Assembly (NCBI GenBank): GCA_013239625.1
Contig: MU054187.1
Location: 2,179,757 to 2,243,756, forward strand
Direction: 5' to 3'
Origin: Lama guanicoe
Taxonomy: Eukaryota
Length of the DNA stretch: 64,000 nt
Below, in pieces: positions 26,430 to 38,600 of this stretch. Position 1 is the first letter of the stretch; every line of letters begins with the position of its first letter. The notes under the pieces are model-generated. The model was given only the letters and a program-made list of their open reading frames with translations. It searched no databases and was not told the origin of the DNA. The translations under genes were made by a program, and so were the position numbers.

Positions 26430-28660
26430 ACTTTTCACCCAATAGGTGCATAGATTTAAGCATTCAGTGGTTTGGACTGTCCTGCACATAAACGCGCAAC
26501 CCAGGAGAGCGTTCCCAGCACCATGGAGAGTTCCCTCGCACCGCGGCACCGTGGGTCTTCATACCCCTCCTGACGCGGGCAAACGTTTTCTGGTGTCTGT
26601 CCCCCTGGACTAGCTTTGCCTGTGTTTCAGTTTCATAATGTGGAATAATTCAATACATATTCTTTGTGTAGAACTGTTTTTTCACTCCACAGGATATTTT
26701 AAAAATTAATCTGTATCACTACTGGAATCCGTAGTCTATTAGTCAGTTACTCCTTTTTAGTGCTTACTAGCATATTAGAATATTCTTCTTTCGTGGACTG
26801 TCTCCTCAAGCCTTTTGTCAATTACTTTGTTAGGTCGTTTGTCTTTTTACTGTCAAATTATAGGCATTGTTTACACATTTTGGACCTAAGTTCTTTATCA
26901 GATCGAAGCATTCCGAATATATTTTTCACAGTCAGTGGCTTGTGTACTCATTATCCCGATGGCATATTTTGATAACCACAAACTAAATTTTTATGAAATC
27001 CAACTTCTCAATTATTTCTTTTAACATTAGTGCACTTTGATCAATGCAAATTATCTTTGTCTAACGTGAGGCAAAGAAGATGTCCTGTATGCTTTTTCTA
27101 GAAGCTGAATGGTTCTAACTTTTACCATTAAACCTATCATACATCTCAATTTTTATGAATGGAATAAGGCAAGGCTCAAAGTATATACATATTTAAGTCA
27201 GGTTTATTGATGTGTAATTTACATGCAATAAAATTCACCTTTTTCAGATGCTCTTGATGAGTTTTGACAAATGTGTATAATCACTTAACCTCTGCCACAA
27301 TTGGGATGCAGAATATATTTATCAACTTAAATTTTCTAGATCCCCTTTTCAGTGAAATCCTCCCCTTTCTCTTACCCCAAGCCCCCAGCAACTGTTATCA
27401 AACACAGGTTCAGCTGCCCACCATTCAAAAGTCAATAATTAGAGGCAAGTGTCAGTAGAAAGGAAAGTTGCTATAATCAGAAAAGCTAGCAATCTGGGGA
27501 GAAGGTGGATTCACGTCCCAAGACCAATTTCAAAGATTCTGCTCAGCCATGACAGTTTTTACAGGGAAAAAAACAGGGACAAATCTTGATGAGTCATAGA
27601 GGCAGAAGGTTGGGTTCTGCGCCATTCTCCGTTTTGTGCAGACTGGCTGACTCCTCAGGTGTTATCTTGCCTGTGTGACCTGCCTGTGGGATTCCTAAGG
27701 GGGCCATGGAGGGTGGAGAGCTAATCACTCTTTAACTGCTTGAGTCTTCATTCTTACCTCCTTTGATCTAGGAAAAGAATCATAGGTTCGGTGAGGCATG
27801 GTGTGCATTCAGGAGAGCATAAGTCAGGAGCCGGGTTACACTGTCCAGTGATGTCATTTCTGTAATTAGGTTCATGTAAAGTTAGAGGGAAGAGAAGGGG
27901 GCAGACAGGAAGGGGGCAAAAGAGCTGCTTTCACAACTGCCAATACTCTCTGTGTCTTTTTAGCTTTGCTCTTTCTGGAGCATCACATACATGGAATCAC
28001 GCAATGCACAGTCTTTTCTGTCTGAATTCTCTTACCAGCACCACACTCCTGACTTTCATCCATACTATTGCATGTATCCACAGTTCATTCTTTTCACTGC
28101 TGAGTAGAATTTGAATGCATGGATTTACCACAGTCTGTTTATTCACTCCCCAGTTGATGGACACTTATATGAAGTGTTTCTAATTTGGGGCTATTACGAA
28201 TAAAACATCTATGAACATTTGTGTACAGGTCTTTGTGTGGATAGATGTATCCATTTCTCTAGATGTGAAATTGAATCTTATGGAAAGTATACGTTTAAAT
28301 AATAAGAAACTGTCAGTCTGTTTTCCCAAAGTGAATGTACCACTTTGTCTTCGCACCAGCACTGTATGAGGAGGGTATGAGTTGCTCACAGCACCCCCAA
28401 TATGTGATATTTTCAGTCTTTTTAATTCGGGCCGTTGTAATGGGTATGCAGTGATATCTTATTGTGGTTGTGACCTGCATTTCCATGAGGGCTAATCACA
28501 ATGAGTATCTCCACATTGGCTTACTGGTCATTTATGCATCTCCTCTAGTGGAATCTTTGTGCAATATCATTGTCAAAATTAAATTGAATTGTCTGTCTTC
28601 CTATTTTTCAGTTATAAGTATTTTTTATATAATCTGGACATGTGTTTTTTCTATAACTTC
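26430..28660 (-). mobile_element. Cluster of old L1 fragments, interrupted by the LTR at 27393-27933
   Basis: Antisense L1 3' and ORF2 motifs (tttattgatgtgtaatttacatgcaataaaattcacc; gttgatggacactt; atgaacatttgtgtacaggtctttgtgtgga). Confidence 0.8.
27393..27933 (-). mobile_element. Solo LTR, ERV1-like
   Basis: TG...CA ends; 4-bp TSD caac at 27389-27392 and 27934-27937; L1 sequence continues on both sides. Confidence 0.8.
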
Positions 28661-29569
28661 TCTCAAAACTATTCTATGGTTTTCATTTTTAAAGTAGCAG
28701 TTAATAGAAATCACGCATTGTTTATAAAAGCATAAACTTGGCCCTTCCGGGTGTCTTAAATTATCTATTTTCGAACTTCTAAGATAAATTTTTTCCACAC
28801 TGTAGAGATCGTAAGAACCCCTTGAGCATCAGTCTCTTGCAATAGGCAGTTTATTAGCAAAGAAAATTTCCTACAATCTTCCTTTGAACATTGCTATCAA
28901 ATCTGACAGTAATATCTACTCCGGTGACTTCATTGGGATTTCTTTAAAACATTTGGAAGACTATCATAATATCATTATTATGAGTAGAAGACGCATAAGT
29001 TAAGTACAAATGAAGATGATTTTAAAGCATACAGCTTGAAGAGGTGTGACAGGAAGAGAGAGAGGCCTCGGAGACAGCTTGTTGTGTTTTGAGGAGTGAT
29101 TTTCTCTCTTCTCCTTGAAGGAGAAAAAGCTTTTCTCATTGGCACATTTAAAGTTCCCCAACTCGGGGGAAGTACCAGTTTTGGACAAGAGTCACTGCCA
29201 CACAGGAGACTAAGAAAACCTGAACTTTTGCAACTGGAGTTGGGAAATTTACTGTTGGCCACTGCTGGCTGAATCTGGGATTTCAAAGGAATATTGAGTG
29301 ATGAAAACAGGATCTGAAAGTAATGATTAAACCCCAAACCTGTGACTGCTAGGTGTTTTTGTCATTTTTTAAGAGACTAAATATGGGGCTGGGAGAGGCA
29401 AATGGCAAAACTACTGTACAATTTTAAAATGTCACAGTTAAACATGAGCTGCTCTTCCTTACTCTCACCCCAAAGAATGTGAGTCTGCCACTAATTAGCA
29501 ATGTAGACTTGGCAATTCACGTTATCTCCGTGTCTCTTCCTGCGTCAAACAAAGCAGGTGAACTGATAA

Positions 29570-30185
29570 CGATGCAGGAAACCGGGTGTGGGGCGTGAGG
29601 AGGGCTGTGTCTCAGGTCTCAGTTGAGCCCCTGGGACGTGCTCCCCCAAGTGTGGGTCCTTGGCTTCTTGCAGGAAGGAATTCAAGTGTGAGCCACAGTT
29701 GAGTGAAGGTAGATTTATTCAGAGAGATACATTGAAAGGCAAGAGAAAAGCCATGAGGTGTAGGGCTTGGGTGCTCAGATTAAAAGTAGGTACACATTCC
29801 ATAGACAGAGTGCAGGCAGTCTCCAAAGAGAGAGAGAGAGGCGTCCGTGAGACACCGCATTGCTGGTTTTTATGGGCTTGGTGGCTTCATATGTTAATAA
29901 GTGGAAGGACCAGTCTAAGGGGAAGGGGCTGGGATTCCCAGGAAGTTGGCCATTTCCCACTCTGACCTTTTGTGGCTAGCCTTGGGACTGCCATGGTGCC
30001 TGTGGGCGTGTTATTCACCATGTTAATACGTTACAATGGGCGTATAATGAAGCTAAGATCTGCTGGAAGTTAAATCTCTCCTCATCCTGACCCTCAAGGC
30101 CTCCTAGGAGTTGAATCTTCCACCTTTTTGATGTTAACTGCAGTGGCAGTCCTGGAGTGGCTGCGCCCTGCCCCCTCCCGTCTCA
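29570..30185 (-). mobile_element. Solo LTR, ERV1-like
   Basis: cG...CA ends (first base presumably mutated from T); 4-bp TSD ataa at 29566-29569 and 30186-30189; minus-strand AATAAA near 29714-29719. Confidence 0.78.
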
Positions 30186-31589
30186 ATAAGATCTAGGATC
30201 TCTTTTTACTCTGAAATATTCCTCTTACCTTTTCCTCCTATACAGGCCATTCCAACCAGACATAAAACTTAAATTTTAAGTTTTAAGCTCGTCCAATATT
30301 GTTCAACACAGATCATTTATATAAAATAAGATATTGTGGGAAAAAAACACCTGTCAAAATCAATGGTTCTGAGATTTTGAGGTCTACGTCACTAACTGCT
30401 GGAAGAAAGTTACAGCAAAAAAGAAGGAAGCAAAGATCAAGTCTAAAAAAAATGAGTAGGTGGCAGAAACACACGATTGCACAGAAGCTCTGAGAAATAA
30501 GCAGACTAAAGAAGGAGGTTAATATGAAAATGTCCAGAGAAAGAATCTGAAAGGGGCACCTGAAGGTCAAGAGCAAGCCAGAGAACCTCAGGGGGAAGGA
30601 GCCACAAACACACAGAACAGGAAGAAGTGCAGGAAATGAATCTGTTAAAATGCTTATTTAAACGAATGAAGGCTGTGAACCTCGAGGACCAAGGTGAAGA
30701 GTAGGGGAAATAATTAGCATTGACTCAATACCTGTTCCGTGCCAGGCTTTTGGCCAGGTGGTTTATCCTGCGTGATCTACACGCTCATTGGAGAATTAGA
30801 AAAAGAAAGCAGGACCATCATGAATAATTACCGTCTGCTATGCACAGCCCTGAGGATCCGGAAACATCTTGGGCGGGGATCCGAATTCAGCAGGATTCCA
30901 GCACAGCCAGCCGCCTGCAGTTTGAATGTTCTCAGGTGACTGTGAAGCTTGAAGACCACTGATCTCATGCATACCCTTCCCCTTGGGAAGTGGACACCCA
31001 GTTGGTGAAACAACGCTTTGTTGTCATTGTGCACAAGGCGGGTAAGTCTGCGGAGATGTGTGTGGGGGCAGGGAACCCGGAAGAGGCGTGAAGCAGAAAG
31101 GAGGGGAGAGACTAAAGCAGCCCCGGGCTGGGCCAGAGCCGGCCCGCCCGGGAAAGCAAGCTGGACGGTACGGGCTTTAATTCGGTAAGACTAGCGGGGA
31201 AGGCAATGTTGAACTGACTAGTCCTAACTGCTGATCGGGCTCCTGGCAGAGCGAGCGGGAGGGTGTAGGGTCTTAGGGGCGTCCCTGTAAGTGCAGTTAC
31301 ACTGCACCCCACGCCCCCTCCGGGCGCGGGCCCCGCTCCACCTGGGGCGCCCCAGGCAGCGCTGAGGCGCGTGTGGGCCGTGGGGAGGGGGCAGGGAGCC
31401 AGCAGGCCCCAGCCTGTTCACAGCCCAGGGGATGGGGCTGTGAACTCTGGCTCTCACACTTGCTGGAAGGCCCCTTCCGAAGGCAAGACGGAGGGCGGTC
31501 GGGGAAGCCGAGCCGCACAGCCGGGGGTCCACACCGGACCAGGGCCGCCTCGGGTGACCTGTCCTGAGGCCTGGCCTTGCCTCTTAGGC

Positions 31590-31730
31590 TTCTGTAAACT
31601 CGGCCAAGTTGCTTACCTTCTGTTTCTCTACCTGTAAGGTGGGAATCAAAATAACAGTGTCGCCCGCATGGGGTTTGTTAGGATCCACCTTCTGAGCTGT
31701 GTGTCCCTAAAACAAAGAAGCGCTTAGAAG
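31590..31730 (+). mobile_element. MIR fragment
   Basis: ggccaagttgcttaccttctgtttctctacctgtaaggtgggaat...ataacagt, the MIR core. Confidence 0.6.
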
Positions 31731-33528
31731 GCTTAGAAGGTGCCCGGGGGACTGACTTCGCTGGCGGCACCCTGAGCTGGCGAGGAAGCCTGGCCTGGCG
31801 GAGGCTGCGCATTTACTTTTAGGGGAGGCGCGGCAGAAAGATTAAGGCGGCGGGGCGAACAGGGAACCAGGACCGCGCGCAGGAGAGGACGCGTGACCGT
31901 GCGTGGTGGGCGCACAGCCCGGGGAGCCGCCGCCGGAGAGGAGGAGCCCTGCTCAGCGGCAGGACCGTGGAAACGTCTACAGGAGTGGGGAGAGGGGGTG
32001 GTGGGAAGAACAGGAGCTTGAGTCGGAGACACTGCGGTTGGGAGCTAAAAAGAGACGGGGGCGGAGCCTCAGATGGAGCTTTGGAATCTGAACAAAAAGA
32101 GCTGAGAAAGATGGGGGGAGGTGGCTGTGGGAGGAGGGCCCAAGGGGGTGGTGAGCGGAGGAGACAGCCAGCGACTGGAGAGGGGCTGGGGCGGAGCCCA
32201 GCGGCCTGGAGGTGACCCGCCTGGCTCTCCAGGCAGCTGAGAAGGCGGCGGGAAGGGCCCCTCCAGGCAGGTGGACGCCCAGGGGCTGACCGCGTGCAGA
32301 AGAAACAGCCCCTGACCCCGCACTTTCCTCTCTGGTGGAGAGGCAGCAGTGGGATTCCAGACAGAAGGGCACTTCGAAAGGAGGCAGTGAGCCAACAAGG
32401 GGCTTTCCAGAATGTTTAAGGTGAAAGGAATTTGTGTGATAGCTTCAAGGACTAGCAAGGTCAAAGAAAGGAGATTCCGTAACCACAGGTGCAGAGCTGG
32501 TCGCCGTGTTCTGGTGGAAAAACAGAGCAAGCTAAGCTCACGTGCACAATAGGACAAAATCAGCAGCAGGAGCCTGAGGGGTGGGGGTGGGGGGTCCTCC
32601 GCCTCACATCACCTCCCGGGAACATGCTGCTTCTTAGAAACTGAACTGATTCCACCAAAGCCGGGAGAGGTCAGAGAACCAGACTGTGCGGTGCCAGGGA
32701 AACCAAGGGTGTCCTTTTTACAGAGTGTAAATACACACTTAAATATTTTAGGATTTGTCTTTATTGCTTGTGATGTCCCACGGACTTGCCACAAAATTAC
32801 ATTCTCACCTCCACGTACTAACTCACGCCTTACTCATCAAGTCTCTCCTCGCCCCGATGGGCCCAGCGGGCCGCTCTTCCCAGGAGTGAAGAGCACTCCA
32901 GACCCCGCATCCCGGTGCGTAGGAGGAAGCCGCGCCTAACTGAGCAGCAAAAGCCTGGGACTGCTGCGGTGTGTTGGCAGTGACAAAATTAACCCTTTCT
33001 TTATCGTAGGTTTCTGCCTCCCTGTTAAGCTGTTCCAGGCAAAACTGCCGTTGGTCTAAAGGCTCGGCAATTCGTGAAAGCACATTTAAAGGACCACAGT
33101 TTAGGAAAAATCTCTTGGCAGATAATCATCCACATCATATAGTGGGCTTGGACCTTGAACAACGAACAGAAGATTTCTCCAAAGAAAGCTTTCTCAGGAA
33201 AAGAAGATTGCTTTTTCAAGGATAATGATGTCATCAAGAAAGTGTTTGTGTCCAAGAAGGAAAACCTTGGACTGAACAAAAGCCCTTTGAATTCCAGCCC
33301 AGAAAAATCTGCCTGGATTTTGCTCTAACATTTACCAAGCATACCCGATGTACAGAGCTGGCCGGACGTAGCTCAGTACCGTCAGGCTAGAGTTTCTGGA
33401 TTTGCTTCTCCCCTGAGGTCACACGGACTTCAGTTTAAGCATAGTTTTCTTCTGAGAGGCAATAATTGACTCTAGACAGACTCCTCCTTTTGCTATAAAA
33501 TAAAGACAATATGGAGTTTGAAAATATA

Positions 33529-33617
33529 TTTTTTTTAATTTTTGGATGTCCTGGGGATTGAACCCAGGACCTGGTGCATGCGAAGCATGTGCCTTACCAC
33601 TGAGCTATGCCCTCCCC
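33529..33617 (-). mobile_element. tRNA-derived SINE (camelid type)
   Basis: ctggggattgaacccaggacctggtgcatgcgaagcatgtgccttaccactgagctatgccctcccc, with poly-T. Confidence 0.9.
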
Positions 33618-35214
33618 GCCGGGAGTCTGAATTTTGGAACTCAAGAGAGTCTCCTCATTGCCAACCAGGTTACTGTTTAGCAGGTTAATGACAACTATTT
33701 TTGTACAGAGCTCGGCTGTTTGCAAATCATTTCAATAGAAACACCTCTTTTGAATCATCCTGAGAGGTAGTTATTATCCTCATTTCCTAGGTGAGAAAAA
33801 CACAACTAACGTAAGTTTTTCAATTGGTAAATGACTGAGAATACAGGTGTGTTTCCACCTCTCATAGCTCACTCATTTGTCCATTCATTTGTGGAGTGCA
33901 AAAAAGGGGATGCCAAAAGATGCGTCTTGGTCATTACTATACGACCTCCTTCCATACAAGGAGTTTGAATTTTCTTAGTCATGATCTTCCAAAAATGACC
34001 CCTCATGTCTTCAGCCTGTAGGGGTGGCATGAGTCCCAGGGCTGGTTTTACTAAGAAACAGAACCGAAATAAATACAATAAGTCTATGCTATGGAGTATT
34101 TTCTGGATTCCTAAGGTGATTTGGGGTAGAAGCTGGAATCAGAAGTGTCCCAGGGACTGAGAAATCTGAGGGGGAGACGGCATGAAGGGAAGGACAGGGG
34201 ACAGGTGAGCAGAAAGTCTGAAGATCTGTGGTTTCACAGCGACTTTTTCTGCCATGAGCCCTGCCTGGTCCGTTGAGCATCTTCTCTGAATCTATAAACA
34301 TGATACCTGATCTGAAGTTAAATGTGGAGACCATCATGGAAATGCTCAGGACACGTGGTTGACTCTCCAGAGCTGAATTAAACGTTGAACCCATGGACCT
34401 TTATTTGGTCGGGACTTTAGAATTTCTCCATGGTCTTTAGACTCACAGGAGTTAACATAATAAAGCCTGTTCTGTTTTGTTTTGTTTTTTTGCCTGTGAT
34501 CTCAGTGTGTTTAAAATTAAAGCCACACTAATGTTCTAGAACATTAGGTTTTCAAAAGTTAGGGGTACATTCTCTGCACTAAAATGATCGTAGTGAGAAC
34601 CACTCCACTTTGTTCTGTTTGTTTACTTATTAGACAAGCCTTTTATTTTAAGGACCTGCAAAGTGCAAGGCGCTTTGCCAAGTTTCCATAGACAAAATAA
34701 AGATAAACAGGACCTCAGCTTGGAACTGTTGCTCATAAACTTTGGAAATATAAATGTGAAGTACTTGTGTAACACAAGACTCTTAATTAACATTACCTGA
34801 GTGCTCAGATTTCTGCATCTAGAATTTGATGTATTCATTTCAGCAAAATAAGTACATTTAATACTTGAGCCTCAATGTTCAGCATCTCCGTTCAACAAAC
34901 ACTTGTCACACAAAGTTGCTGGACTCCACTTGATGCTAGTCCTTGAGCATACACTGTAGGCAAAACCTCCTTTCAGGCCTCCTTTAAGGCCATTGCCACC
35001 CGGAGCAACCCCACCGCCGACTTCCCTGCAGTGCTTTAGAGCCGCGAGGACCTGTCACTGTCCCCCACCCCCGTCCTGATTTAGGACAAGGCTTGGGGTC
35101 CAGTACATTTACACCCCATAAAGATTCCTAATACCTGCTCAATCAGGAGAATTACAGGCCTCATGGAAATTCTTTCACTTATGATCTCTTATTTTATTTT
35201 TCATATGAAAATAC

Positions 35215-35630
35215 AATTATGTGCAGTTTCTCATAAAACTAATCATAAACCTACCCTATTGTCCAGCAATTTTGCCCTGAGGTCGTTACTCAAAAGAATA
35301 CATAAATAAATAAATAAATATATCCACACAAGGACTTGTATAAAAATGTTTGTGACATTTTACTGGTAATACCTCACTTGTCCAATAAAAAGGAAAATGG
35401 AAAAAAAAAAGCCCTCTGAGACACTCAGCCCTTGGAATTCCACCCAGTGAGTGAAAGGAGTGAACTGCTGGCGCACATCGTGCGGAACTCTCAGGACCAC
35501 CGTGCCGAATGACAGAAGCATCACACAGAGAGCTGCATACAGGGTCGTCCTTCTTAGCGTCAGTTCTAGAACAGGCAGAAGTAATTTATGGGGAAAAATC
35601 ATCAGGATAGTGATTCCCTTGAGGAAGTTG
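35215..35630 (+). mobile_element. Old L1 (L1ME-like) 3' fragment
   Basis: gcagtttctcataaaactaa...tatatccacacaaggacttgtataaaaatgttt...atcaggatagtg. Confidence 0.7.
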
Positions 35631-38600
35631 GGGAGGCTGCTCCTGACCTCAGGGTCTCCCACAGGCCCTGCGCCCCTGCCCGTGAGAGCCGGGGCCAGGG
35701 CGGGTGGCCGCCACCCCCAGGGGGGGCACCTCCCCTCTGTGCATCCGGGCAGCTCACAGCCTCTGCTGGGACGCCTTTGCCCAGTGGTCGGGGAGGATTT
35801 GCAGTTTGTGACTCATACGGGGGCCACCGTTTGAGTGTGTATGAGTGTGTGTGTCAGTGTGGGTGTGTGTACACACATAAATGGAGATATATGTATGTTA
35901 GGTAATGAAATAAATGCTTTTATGCATTTAAATTAGCAACAGTCTCTCTTTTCTGGAGAATAATGGAAATAAAACATTCTCCCCACCAAACTCCCACGAC
36001 CTTATATTTTACCTGAAAATCTGTTGTCAGTCTTAAAGCAAAGTCGCTGTGAATGTCACCCAAAGCATTTTGAGCTCTAAAGCGCCGACTCTGAGCCCTC
36101 CTGCGCTTCTTACTCTGCAAAGCGTCAAACCCGCTCTTGTCCCTCGTCATGCGCCCTAACACCCCACCTGCTATTAATGCAGATCAAATAATGGTCGTTA
36201 CTCTGAGAGCAAATAATTATGGGCTCTTTGATGCTTTGTCCAGCCTATTAAACTTTATATAATTTGTTTTGGGAAAATATATTCAACCTTGTACCAAAAA
36301 AAGTACATATCTCTTTGTATTTCTGATTTCTGAATCAAAACTTCAAACAATCTAACTTGATAACAGATTATCACAGCAGACACTTTCATCTTTTTTTTTT
36401 AAGCACATAAAGAAACCAGGACCGAGAACAGTGTAATAGCATGTTCGAAGTTATCAAGCTGGTTAACGGAGATGATTCCAAATCCAAGTTGCCGCGGCTC
36501 ACAAAACCCAGCACCCTGCAGCTTCCCTACAGTGCTGTCAGGGATGACACTTGTGTGATTTGAGACCATAATAGTTAGGAACCTGAGATGACATACAATG
36601 ATACATGTACTTTTTGCGAACTATCATCCATGTCAACAAGAAATGTACCCTCCGTGTTCTAATAAAATGCCTGCATTCGCTGTTTGCTTCCATTGTCCAT
36701 AAAGGCACTGCGGTTTTCTCCCCCACCACTCAGCTGTCCTTTTTGTGGCGTTCATTATCTGCTGCTGTGGTCCAGCGGCAGCTGGAGGGAAGGGAATCCA
36801 AGGTGATCTTAGACGCCTTCGCGTTTACGTCTTCCTGTTGGATGGGAATCGGTGCGCTAACAAGGTTTGGGGCAAAGGCTGCACCTTTGTACCACTGAGA
36901 GGGCTAGCGCCTCCATCTGCAGCGGGGAGAGGCGCACAGCGAGGTGTCGCGCGGAGGAGGCGGTGACGTCTGATTGCTCCTGCCTGTGCGGGTTTTCCTA
37001 ACAAATGTCACCTGGTATTATTTATAAACTAACGTTAGTGTCAGAACTCCTTAAAGGCATTCATTATTCTGTGGCTTATGTGTTGACTTCATTTACCAGT
37101 TTTAAGAATATCCTATTCTCTTCTATTAATAAGAATTTGTAAATTTGAATACCAACTGGCATTCAGAATCAATAGTCAGGAACATGAGTATTTTTAGCAT
37201 GAGCCCCTCTTGGCAGTACGTGAACCTGGAGCCCAGTCCCCAGAACAGAAAGAGGCAAGTGACGTGGCTGGTCGGAAGGCCGTGTCCCTCGATGCTGTGG
37301 CGCCTGCCTCACGCTCCACCCCTCCCGCGGCTCAGCTCCCTCCCCGCCCCCTGCACACGCCTGGTACAGGTGCGTCCCTCTCAAACCTGCTTCCCCATTG
37401 TTCTGTTCCCACCGGTTTCTTCCCCTTTCTTCCCGGAGAGCCGCCGACGATGGGGAGAAAGTCTGACCAGCTGGCTGCACCGGTGGACGGTTGTTACATC
37501 TGTCTTCCCAGAGTCCCTTTTCCCTTCTCTGGTGATAGACTCCTCTTTCCAATGGAAATTAATTCCATGAGGTTCAAGGCAGATCACCCTCCCCGACTCC
37601 GTCTTGCTAGCACGCATGTGGGGCTGTGGGACAGATAAACGGGGCCTGGCCAACTGGAGTACCGCGTCCCCCGTAGTAGCGACTGACTCAGAGTCACGGC
37701 GATGGGAATCCCTTCCTTGGATGCGTGGTGCTGGAGAAGAGAGGGTCCCTCTGTTCCTTGGGTGTCTGAGCTGTAAGGGCCATGCGAGCCTAGAGCTGCC
37801 GGTACCACGCTTGGAGAGAGGTTGCCTGAAGATGGATGCAGTGCAGAAGGCGTTAGAATAAAGATAAGAGGAGTGAAACAGAGCCCTGATGTCATCATCT
37901 GAGCGATGAATCCATCCATGTCTGTCATCGGAGACACCCAGCGTCCCTGAACTGCCTTGCAAACAGCCCCTATGCCTTATGAGCCAGCTTCCGGCGGTCC
38001 CTTCAGGTGGGAAAGCAACCAGGTTAGTCCTTTCCTATTCCTAGTACACACTGTCTCCTACAGGAGGCATTAACCAGTGAGGACAAGGCAGTCTGTTGGT
38101 CAGGAATAAATACCTTCCAGGTTTGGGGAGGAAAACAGAGCCCTCGGACTAGGCTTCTCACTATTCTGGAAGACAGAGACCTGCATCCCATCACGCTGGA
38201 AAGCTCAGACCGCCTTCCCAGGACACAGCAGTGTGCAAGGGTGATTTCACAGCTGCTGGTGGGAAGGAGATGCCAGTAGAACCGTGTCCTCACTGCCTGC
38301 TAGATCTCCTGCATCGGGATTTTTTTCCTATTTATTTATTTACTGATTTATTTGTTTATTTTTATTGAAGTACCGTCAGTTACAACGTGTCAGTTTCTGG
38401 GGTGCAGCACAGTGTCCCAGTCACTTCCTGTGTCCAGATTTGTCACACACGAAGCAGCCCACAGGGATCTCAGAGTGTGAGATGTTAGAATTGGAGGAAA
38501 CCACAGGCATAATGGGATCCGATTTCTCTGCAGTGAGGCTGATTGAGAATAACAATCGTTACACTAACGAGTGCTCATGAGGAGTGACTGCAGCTGTGTG

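Noticed and set aside
3296..33617. tRNA-like sequences at about 3300, 6100, 14760 and 33550
   Set aside because: They have poly(A) tails, some with TSDs, and no intact cloverleaf: SINEs, not tRNA genes.
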